A stretch of 64,000 nt of DNA, taken from positions 11,221 to 75,220 of the forward strand of contig CAYWQM010000007.1 in assembly GCA_964460215.1 (NCBI GenBank). The letters run 5' to 3'. The translations under genes were made by a program, and so were the position numbers. Shown piece by piece: positions 56,599 through 64,000 of the stretch (the first letter of the stretch is position 1; the number at the start of each line of letters is the position of its first letter). The notes beneath the pieces are model-generated. The model did not search any database. It was not told the DNA's origin and saw only the letters and a list, made by a program, of their open reading frames with translations. The stretch is from an uncultured Lentisphaerales bacterium (GTDB taxonomy: Bacteria > Verrucomicrobiota > Lentisphaeria > JABSQK01 > CAJWLW01).

Positions 56599-58092
56599 TC
56601 AAGATTCCCCATCATCGCCGTCATTCTCGATTGTCGTCGTATCATAGCGGATCGTGTTTGCCTTATTCAGTCTCTGCGCCAGCGCAACAATCGTCTTCGA
56701 CATCCACGGCGGCAATTGCTTGAGATTGCGGTTGAAGAATTCCTGGGTGAGCACAAGTACTTCGGTCGGCTCCACCGCGATGACTGTAGCCGAGCGCGGT
56801 TCGTGGGTAATCAGAGCCATTTCCCCGACGATATCCCCCTGGGTCAGCGTCCCGAGTATCATGGGGTCGCCGCTGAGTCCTTTCTCGACACGGACCTGGC
56901 CGCTTTCGATGACGTAGCACTCCGTGCCTATCTCGCCTTCACGCATGAGGCACTCGCCCGGCATGAACTTCTGATTGTCAACCATCATCGCACCCCGCAA
57001 GAGGGTGTCGAGATCCGTTATTAACTCTTCCACCGTCTGGTACCGGTCACCGCGGTCGGCCGCCATGCATCGCATGATAATGCTACACAGCTCGTCGGGG
57101 ATACGCAGACGACCGGTCGGCATCTCGTTCGGCGGTACGAAATTGCAAGCCTGCGCACGCTTGATGATGTCGTAAATGTCATCACCAAGATAGGGCGGGA
57201 AGAAGGTAAAAATGTGATACAGCGTCGCGCCCAGCAGAAAGATGTCACTGCGCTGGTCGAACTGGTCAACGTGACCGTGTGCCTGCTCCGGCGGCATGTA
57301 AGCCGGTGATCCTTTGATAACACCGATTTCGGTGGCTTCGGCGTTTCCATCAGACGACGCCATCCCGGCAACCGGTGGTTCCTCCTCGGAAATGCGCTTC
57401 GCCAGTCCCCAGTCCATCAGCACAACCTCACCAAAGTCGCCAATCATGATGTTGTGCGGCTTGATATCGCGATGCACAATGCCGCGGGAGTGAGCAAACG
57501 CGACGGCATCACAAACTCTGCGAAAGGTGCTGAGCAGCGTGAAAAAGTTGTATTTCTGAAGGACTTCACCGTTGCCCAGCTCAATCTGCCGGAGAAGATC
57601 GATCAGTGGTTGTCCCTGCATCAGCTTCATAGTGAAAAAAACGCCGTGCCCGGGCAGGTAGCCGAGGTCATGCACCGGAATAATATTCGGATGCTCGAGC
57701 TGTGCCGTGATCCGGGCCTCGCGCATGAAACTGTCAAGAGCCACGGTATCGCGCGTAATCCCGGGCAGGATGACTTTCATGGCGGAATCCCGCTCGAAAT
57801 CCTGATCGAGTACGTGATAGATCACCCCCATGCCACCAGTGGCAATCTTGTGCTTCGTCACGTATTTACCGTCGTGAGCAGTGCGCCAACGGTCATCGCC
57901 GCAAAACGGTTCGCTGTCAGTCGCCGCACCTGCGTCGCTGGTAACATCAGCGACAATCGAAGAGACAATCGAACTTTTGCGGACGATCTGCGTCTTCGAA
58001 ATGATCAGTGAATCCTGGCCGGACAATTTCGGTGTCATCGTCTGTATATCTCTATTTCGAGACCCGACATGCGCGATTCCATCTCGCGCCAT
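56599..58092 (-). CDS. Ser/Thr protein kinase with a C-terminal cyclic-nucleotide-binding domain. The start is uncertain: 58092, 58038 or 58194.
   Basis: Kinase motifs are GGMGVIYHV, AMK, HRDIKPHN, DWGLA and PEQ. The C-terminal CAP/cNMP-binding fold is GECLMREGEIGTECYVIESG...GEMAL. Confidence 0.85.
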   Translation of the reverse strand: MARDGIAHVGSRNRDIQTMTPKLSGQDSLIISKTQIVRKSSIVSSIVADVTSDAGAATDSEPFCGDDRWRTAHDGKYVTKHKIATGGMGVIYHVLDQDFERDSAMKVILPGITRDTVALDSFMREARITAQLEHPNIIPVHDLGYLPGHGVFFTMKLMQGQPLIDLLRQIELGNGEVLQKYNFFTLLSTFRRVCDAVAFAHSRGIVHRDIKPHNIMIGDFGEVVLMDWGLAKRISEEEPPVAGMASSDGNAEATEIGVIKGSPAYMPPEQAHGHVDQFDQRSDIFLLGATLYHIFTFFPPYLGDDIYDIIKRAQACNFVPPNEMPTGRLRIPDELCSIIMRCMAADRGDRYQTVEELITDLDTLLRGAMMVDNQKFMPGECLMREGEIGTECYVIESGQVRVEKGLSGDPMILGTLTQGDIVGEMALITHEPRSATVIAVEPTEVLVLTQEFFNRNLKQLPPWMSKTIVALAQRLNKANTIRYDTTTIENDGDDGES

Positions 58093-58323
58093 TATGTTCT
58101 TTACGATACAGGTGCCAGCAGCTTGGCCGCGCACAGGCGTCGAACAGCTTGGAAAGGCTACCAGGCGGCAGGCCCGGCCGGTTGTGAATTGCACCGGCCT
58201 CGCTATATTGCATCGAAATTATACCGCCTAACCTAATGTGACAGTGGCACAAGCACAAATGCACCCCTACCGGCAGCGGTCTTACTTACCGCTATTGCGT
58301 CAGTTACAGCCCGGGAACAGTCG

Positions 58324-61300
58324 ATGTCGAACCTAGTCTACGAACCCGGCAGTACGATCAGCCATTTCCGTCTGGGTAAGATGCTCGGCCAGGGTGGTAT
58401 GGGAGCGGTGTTTCTCGCCGAAGACTTGACGCTGTCCCGCCCTGTGGCGATCAAATTCATGAATCGTGAACTGGTGGCGCAGCAGGCCAATCCGAAGCTG
58501 CGCGAGAATATCGAGCAACGATTTATCCGCGAGGCCAAGAGCGCCGCCGTCATCAATCACCCGAACCTGGCGCAAATCTACGAAGCGAACTTCGACTCGG
58601 ACACCTGGTTTATCGCTATGGAGTTCATCGACGGCAACTCCATCGCCGATCATCTCGAAAAGAACAGTGTCTACACCATACCGCAGATCATCGGCATCGC
58701 GCGCCAAACCGTAAGCGGACTGAAATTTGCCTGGGACAGCTACAAGATCATCCATCGTGACATCAAGCCACAGAACATCATGGTCACCACCAACGATATC
58801 ATCAAGATTGTTGATCTGGGCCTGGCCAAGCCGATGAACACGACGGATGAGAATTACGACATGCCGGAACTGACCAATGCCGGCGTCCCCATCGGCACTC
58901 CGCATTATATGGCACCTGAGCAAGCCACCGGCGAGACCAGCATCGACCACCGTACCGATATCTATGCCGTCGGTGCCACGCTCTACGAGGTGTGCACCGG
59001 CCAGAAAGTATTCCCCGGTGCGACCGCCCCGATGATTTACATGGCGCAGATCCAGAAAAGGTACGAACCGATCGAAGACCTGCGCGACGATATCCCTACG
59101 GAACTCTGCGAACTGATCTACGACATGCTCGAACCGGAACGCTCCGAACGCATCGGGAGCTACGACGAAGTCCTTCAGCGCCTCGCCGTGGTTCGAGGCG
59201 CCAGCCAAACCATGCCCGGCGGCATCGAAGACTTCGCCGACGCCATCGGCGGTGCCGCCATCAACGACCCGACAATAGCACCTCCCCTACAGTACAACAC
59301 CTACGAAGTCGACGAACTCATTCTCGACCGCTTCCGCGTCCTCAAGTTCGTCGGCGAAAGTCAGGCTGGTGTCGTCTACCACTGCATGGACACGAAGGCT
59401 GGTGTCGAATGCGCTGTCAAAAGCTTATGGCCGGGACGCGAATTCCCGGCATCGGACACACCTCGCGTCAAGGAGAACATCCAGCGGCTGATGCGCATGT
59501 CACACCCCAACCTGGTGCATGTCCGCGACCTCATCGAGGATGACAGCACCGACGAACTCTTCGTCATCATGGAACTGCTCGGTGGTCGCAACCTGCGGTC
59601 CTGGGTGCACGAGAAAAATATCGAGCTCGACGGCATCGCGTTTGGTGATATCCACCCGCTCCTGGCCAAAGTCGCCGAGGCCATCGACAGCATCAATTCC
59701 AAGTTCAACATTGTCCACCACGACCTCAAGCCCGAGAGCATCTATCTGGTTGACAACGACACCCAGGTCCGCCTGCTTGACTACGGCGTTACATACTGCT
59801 CGCCAGAAAATGATCCCCATCGCAACGACAAACAACTCTACAAGTACCCCTCCTCAACCCCCGACTACCAATCACCCGAAATCTGGCAGAAAGGCGAGTT
59901 GACACAGCGTACAGACCAGTACTCCTTTGCTGTCATGGTCTACGAAATACTCGCGCACCGCCTGCCGTTCTGGCTGAAAAACCCCAAGTACCTCGAAAAG
60001 GCGGCTGAGGACAAAGCGGACAAGGCGCTCACCGAGGAGGAGCGCCAGCTCAAGAACCTGTACCAAGATGTGCTCGAAAAACCGCCCGAGCCAATCGAAG
60101 GATTGGGAAAACATGAGAACGACGAAATCCTCCGGGCACTGAGCAAAAATCCCTCGCAACGCTTCGGCAGTTGCACCGAGTTCGTCCAGGCTCTCAATCG
60201 CCAAGGTATGCCGATCTTAGTGAAACTGGGAATTGCCGCCGTTATCCTCCTGGTCCTTGGTGTCGGCGGCGTTCTGGCTGTCAGTTCCAGCGACAACGAC
60301 AGCGACCAGGCAGAGGGAGGTAAACAACCCCGGTTGCCGGCTCCCGGCAATCCCTCCCAGCAGGCCACCGACGTCACAGTACCGACGAGCGAAAACGGTT
60401 CGGACATCGATGTGACCGCCCATGTCAACGACGGCGACCGCTTAACCGACGACGACCGTGCCCGTCGCACCGCCGAGGAACTCAAGCGCCAGCAGGCCAC
60501 GGCAGACGCTGCGAAAGAGGCCGAGGCACTCAAGCGCCAGCAGGAGGAAGAGATCACCAGGCAAATGGCACAGTTCAAAGAAAAACAGCGGCGTCTCAAG
60601 GAAGAAGCCAAGCGCAAAGAGGTCAAGCAGCGCGCCGAGCAGCAGAAGAACAGCCTCGCTGCCGTCATCAGGAAAAACTCTGAGGACCCCCAGATCGCCG
60701 TTTACCTGCCGGAAATCGATGACGTCAGGAAAACCGCTGAGTCTCTCATGGAGCAGGGAAATTACGAACTCGCCATCACCACCTATAAACAGCTCATCGA
60801 CGCGGTCCACAACATGGAGTTGCGGGCTCTCCAGGAGAAGAAAGCGGAAGTTGGAAAGCTGCAGGAACAGGCAGCCGCCATCCATGAAGAGGCGAAACGC
60901 TTCGAAGGCGCCGACCCTAAATTCGCCCAGGCCTTCGTCGATGCCGATGTCTCACGCACCATGGCCGAGGAATACAGCAACAAGAAGCAATTCGATTTCG
61001 CCGTCACAGAATTCAAGAAGGCCGTCGATAAGTACAACGCAATCATCGCCCAAGGCAAGGAGAAGTACCACGGTGAAACGGGCAAAAACTGGACCATACC
61101 GGTTGTCGGTATCGAACTGGTCTGGGTCGACAAGCTCAAGCTCTGGGTCGGCCAATACGAAGTGACCAATGCCCAGTACCGGAAGTACAAACCGCTGCAC
61201 GACAGCAAGAAGGCGGAGGAAGGATTCTCCCTCAACGGCGATAACCAGCCAGTCATCGAAGTAACCTACTACAATTGTGTCGCCTATTGTTCCTGGCTCA

Positions 61301-61740
61301 ACTCGCCCATGGCCAGAGACCAGTTTCTGCCGGACGGTTACGAGTTCCGGCTGCCGACCAAGAGGGAATGGCAGACCATCGCAACCACCGGCATCGATCG
61401 CCTCTACCCCTGGGGCAACGAATGGCCGCCGGAAAACGGCAATTACGCGAATCAGGAAGTCTTCCCCGAGGATTGGGACCTGGCTGGATACGCCGACAAG
61501 TTCGCCGTGACCTGCGACGTCAAGGACAGCGGCAAGAATGCCTGGGACCTGTTCGGCCTCTCCGGCAATGTCTGGGAGTGGACCAGCGACGAACGCGAAG
61601 GACGGCGTGGCGTTTTCGGCGGCGCCTGGACGAGCCGCATGAAAGACCTGCTCGTCGTCGAGCCCGCAGGGTTCAATTATGCCGAAGTCAACGAACCCTT
61701 CGACAATATCGGTTTCCGAATTGTGCTGGCGCCAAAATAG
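58324..61740 (+). CDS. Multidomain Ser/Thr kinase: two tandem kinase-like domains, a transmembrane helix, a coiled coil and a C-terminal FGE-sulfatase-like domain.
   Basis: Domain 1 has GQGGMGAVF, AIK, HRDIKPQN, DLGLA and APE. Domain 2 has GESQAGVVY, AVK, HHDLKPES and DYG. The transmembrane helix is near 60208-60290. A region rich in E, K, Q and A follows. The C-terminus has FGE-like motifs: WTSD..GNVWEW, GGAW and GFR. Confidence 0.9.
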   Translation: MSNLVYEPGSTISHFRLGKMLGQGGMGAVFLAEDLTLSRPVAIKFMNRELVAQQANPKLRENIEQRFIREAKSAAVINHPNLAQIYEANFDSDTWFIAMEFIDGNSIADHLEKNSVYTIPQIIGIARQTVSGLKFAWDSYKIIHRDIKPQNIMVTTNDIIKIVDLGLAKPMNTTDENYDMPELTNAGVPIGTPHYMAPEQATGETSIDHRTDIYAVGATLYEVCTGQKVFPGATAPMIYMAQIQKRYEPIEDLRDDIPTELCELIYDMLEPERSERIGSYDEVLQRLAVVRGASQTMPGGIEDFADAIGGAAINDPTIAPPLQYNTYEVDELILDRFRVLKFVGESQAGVVYHCMDTKAGVECAVKSLWPGREFPASDTPRVKENIQRLMRMSHPNLVHVRDLIEDDSTDELFVIMELLGGRNLRSWVHEKNIELDGIAFGDIHPLLAKVAEAIDSINSKFNIVHHDLKPESIYLVDNDTQVRLLDYGVTYCSPENDPHRNDKQLYKYPSSTPDYQSPEIWQKGELTQRTDQYSFAVMVYEILAHRLPFWLKNPKYLEKAAEDKADKALTEEERQLKNLYQDVLEKPPEPIEGLGKHENDEILRALSKNPSQRFGSCTEFVQALNRQGMPILVKLGIAAVILLVLGVGGVLAVSSSDNDSDQAEGGKQPRLPAPGNPSQQATDVTVPTSENGSDIDVTAHVNDGDRLTDDDRARRTAEELKRQQATADAAKEAEALKRQQEEEITRQMAQFKEKQRRLKEEAKRKEVKQRAEQQKNSLAAVIRKNSEDPQIAVYLPEIDDVRKTAESLMEQGNYELAITTYKQLIDAVHNMELRALQEKKAEVGKLQEQAAAIHEEAKRFEGADPKFAQAFVDADVSRTMAEEYSNKKQFDFAVTEFKKAVDKYNAIIAQGKEKYHGETGKNWTIPVVGIELVWVDKLKLWVGQYEVTNAQYRKYKPLHDSKKAEEGFSLNGDNQPVIEVTYYNCVAYCSWLNSPMARDQFLPDGYEFRLPTKREWQTIATTGIDRLYPWGNEWPPENGNYANQEVFPEDWDLAGYADKFAVTCDVKDSGKNAWDLFGLSGNVWEWTSDEREGRRGVFGGAWTSRMKDLLVVEPAGFNYAEVNEPFDNIGFRIVLAPK

Positions 61741-61833
61741 TCCGTCACACAAGTTGCATTAGCACCCATTCGCGGCAAATCTTCTAACTGTCTCCATCAA
61801 ATCTCGCTCCACGGTTAATCCAAAGAGTTTATC

Positions 61834-63831
61834 ATGAAACGCCTCATCCCTTTTGTCGTCATCGTATCGACTGCCGTCAGCCTGGCCGCGGATCCTGCTG
61901 GATTCTACGATTTCGAAGTCATACACAATCCCGACCGTACGTACTTCGACGAAGGCGACCAATATAACTTGAGCGATTCCGAGTACGCCAGCCTCAAACC
62001 CGGTCCCAGTTTCATGCGGTACATCTTGTCGACGTGGCAGGGCATCGGCTACACAGAAGAGAGATACTTCAGAAATAAGGCCCCGAAGTACACCCCGGAT
62101 GCCTCGATCCACGCCCTCAGCAATTTTCTGCTCAACAGCCGCGATCCACTGGCTCGCTCACACCTCGTCATGCGACTTGTCGCCTGCAACAATCCAATCG
62201 TCCAAGACCTGCTCAAGAAACTGCTCGCTATCGAACTCGACGCCTATGTCACCGCCGACATCCTCAAAGCCCTCCGTCTGCTGGAGACGTCATGCCCGGA
62301 GAGTGAAACTTACCTGACCCATGCCGATCCGGATGTGCGCCGTGAAGCCGTTCGGCTCTATACGCAGCAAGCCGACTTTCAGGCTGCCCGCCTCCTCGAA
62401 CTGGCCAGCAACGAATCGCAGCTGCCGGTTGTCGAGGAGATCTGGAGTAACCTGTCAAAGAAGCATGCCGGCACAAGTATTGACGACTGGAAAGGGCGGC
62501 TGGATGCAGCGAATCCGACCGATCGCGCTCAGGCAATCAACGCCATCATGAGCCGTACCGACTGGACCATGACGTTGCGAGAGCGGTTGACCGTGTTCGC
62601 AGGCGCGGGTCACCCGCTGACCCGAACTGCCATCGCCAACAATCTCGGCAACGATCTCGACAAGGCTCTTCAGTTCAACCTGCTGCGTTCCTTCATCGAA
62701 GACGACCACGCCAGTGTCCGGGCCGCAGCGGCAGCCGCGATCGGCAGGCTCGAAGCCAGTGAACTGCTGCCCGAACTCCTCAAACTGTCCAGCGACCCCG
62801 CGCCCATCGTACGGCGCCGCGCTGCCATTGCCATGGGTACCTTCCCGCAGCGCGACACCTATGTCCGTCTCATCGAGCTTTGCGGCGACTCGGGCAGTGA
62901 ACTGTTGCGGGACGCTGCACTCGACACGCTCGAGAACATCGCCGACAAGTATCCCGTCGAGCGTCAAGCCGGCGGTTTTCTCGACAGCACGAACGCTGAC
63001 ATCCGCTACAACCTCTACCGCCTCCTGACCCGCCTCGACAGTTCGATGTACAACGAGCCCATCGCCACACAGCTGCACCTCAGTGCCACCGCCGCCCGCC
63101 AGAAATTGCCGTACAGCGACCGGCCGATCAACATCGCCGCGGGGATCCGGGCACTCAACACCGGCGGTGCCAGGGAAGCGGCTGCAGACATCACGGCGCT
63201 CAAGGCACATCCGGACGCCCTGGTGCGTACCGCGGTTGCGGAATCTATCGGAGTACTGAAGCCCGCCAACGGTCCGGACATCGTCAAGCAGTACGCGCTG
63301 GAAGACCAAGATATCGATGTGCGTAAAGCCGCACTGAACTCCATGAACGCTATCCTCGACAACTCTTTTGAAGACACCTTGCTCAGCATCCTCAAGCGCA
63401 CCAACTACGCCAGCGGTGAGTTTCTTACTGCCGACGAGCGTGTCATTGCCGCTTGGCTGCTGTCGCGCCTGCCCACGATCGCGGCACCGACGAAAGCGCG
63501 TCTGTACGACCAGATCACGACACCCGTTGTCATCACGATGCTGGGGCCGGCCTTTGATTCCGAAAACGTTCGCACCACTGCGCTGTGGTGCCTGGCCATC
63601 TATGCAAAACGCTATCCCGACGATGCCGAACTACGGAAGCAGGTCAAGCAGTTATTCTCCATTCTCATCCGCGACGTGGAGAACATCGGTACCATACCGA
63701 CCAGCTATGTACTGAATTACTATGCCTACCAGGCCAAACAGTTCCTCAACGACGCCCCGGTCGAACGACGTATCGTCAAGCCGCGTGAGTACAAGTTCAA
63801 CTACCGCCCCGCCAAAAAACGCGACCGGTGA
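61834..63831 (+). CDS. Secreted HEAT/PBS-lyase-like repeat protein.
   Basis: A signal peptide, then repeated D-x-x-VR-x-xA HEAT-like motifs, for example DPDVRREAVRL and DHASVRAAAAAAIG. Confidence 0.55.
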   Translation: MKRLIPFVVIVSTAVSLAADPAGFYDFEVIHNPDRTYFDEGDQYNLSDSEYASLKPGPSFMRYILSTWQGIGYTEERYFRNKAPKYTPDASIHALSNFLLNSRDPLARSHLVMRLVACNNPIVQDLLKKLLAIELDAYVTADILKALRLLETSCPESETYLTHADPDVRREAVRLYTQQADFQAARLLELASNESQLPVVEEIWSNLSKKHAGTSIDDWKGRLDAANPTDRAQAINAIMSRTDWTMTLRERLTVFAGAGHPLTRTAIANNLGNDLDKALQFNLLRSFIEDDHASVRAAAAAAIGRLEASELLPELLKLSSDPAPIVRRRAAIAMGTFPQRDTYVRLIELCGDSGSELLRDAALDTLENIADKYPVERQAGGFLDSTNADIRYNLYRLLTRLDSSMYNEPIATQLHLSATAARQKLPYSDRPINIAAGIRALNTGGAREAAADITALKAHPDALVRTAVAESIGVLKPANGPDIVKQYALEDQDIDVRKAALNSMNAILDNSFEDTLLSILKRTNYASGEFLTADERVIAAWLLSRLPTIAAPTKARLYDQITTPVVITMLGPAFDSENVRTTALWCLAIYAKRYPDDAELRKQVKQLFSILIRDVENIGTIPTSYVLNYYAYQAKQFLNDAPVERRIVKPREYKFNYRPAKKRDR

Positions 63832-64000
63832 CGCGTGCCGCGCACTGCTGCGCGCCGCCCGCTCCGCCCCTTCCCAGGTCCGCTCGCCACCGAATAGTCC
63901 GCTATACAAGTTGTATTAACGGCCATAGACGGCGAAATTCCTCTCCGTTTTCGCCAACCCCCTTCCCCGATCAACTCAACGAGCTTTTCATGCTACGCCT

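Noticed and set aside
1-64000. tRNA, rRNA, CRISPR and mobile-element search.
   Set aside because: I found no T-loop GTTCGAATC-type motifs and no rRNA-like conserved stretches. There are no regularly spaced direct repeats and no transposase, integrase or recombinase-like ORFs, so none are reported.

Overview
This is a GC-rich chromosomal segment from a diderm (Gram-negative) bacterium. Third codon positions are strongly G/C-biased and gene density is high. Prepilin-type N-termini, many Ser/Thr kinases, HEAT-repeat proteins and FGE-sulfatase-like domains give it a PVC/Planctomycetota-like flavour, but that is inference only. There are no rRNA or tRNA genes, no CRISPR arrays and no transposases or integrases.

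Gene content, from start to end:
- Core genes: fmt, an RNase E/G homologue, purC, a BamD-like lipoprotein, an LptE-like lipoprotein and rlmN.
- A 1847-aa tandem-duplicated UvrA-family protein with four ABC ATPase modules.
- A large exopolysaccharide (EPS) locus at roughly 13.1-24.9 kb and 27.9-30.9 kb. It holds a PPTase, three GT2/GT4 glycosyltransferases, a polysaccharide deacetylase, a WecA-like initiating transferase, a multi-SLBB Wza-like exporter, an O-methyltransferase, a small sugar transferase, an MBOAT O-acyltransferase and an SGNH-like partner. It also holds a secreted FGE-sulfatase-like domain protein.
- Between the two EPS blocks lie folP and a PIN-PhoH (YlaK-like) gene.
- Then bamA, a hydantoinase/oxoprolinase A/B pair with an SDR, argH and uppS.
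- A minus-strand operon joining pterin genes (PTR1-like SDR, PCD), a DUF445 protein, a SEDS protein and an atypical response regulator.
- A low-molecular-weight protein tyrosine phosphatase, a GltD-like flavoprotein and miaB.
- Two unknown genes of lower GC beside a truncated prepilin-like gene.
- xdhC and mocA.
- A divergent pair of Ser/Thr kinases, one with a cNMP-binding domain and one with two kinase domains plus an FGE-like domain, followed by a secreted HEAT-repeat protein.

The main oddities are the double UvrA, a disordered R/S/D-rich insertion in RNase E/G, a non-canonical fmt start downstream of an AT-rich island full of TTACAAT repeats, and the FGE-like domains that lack the catalytic cysteines.
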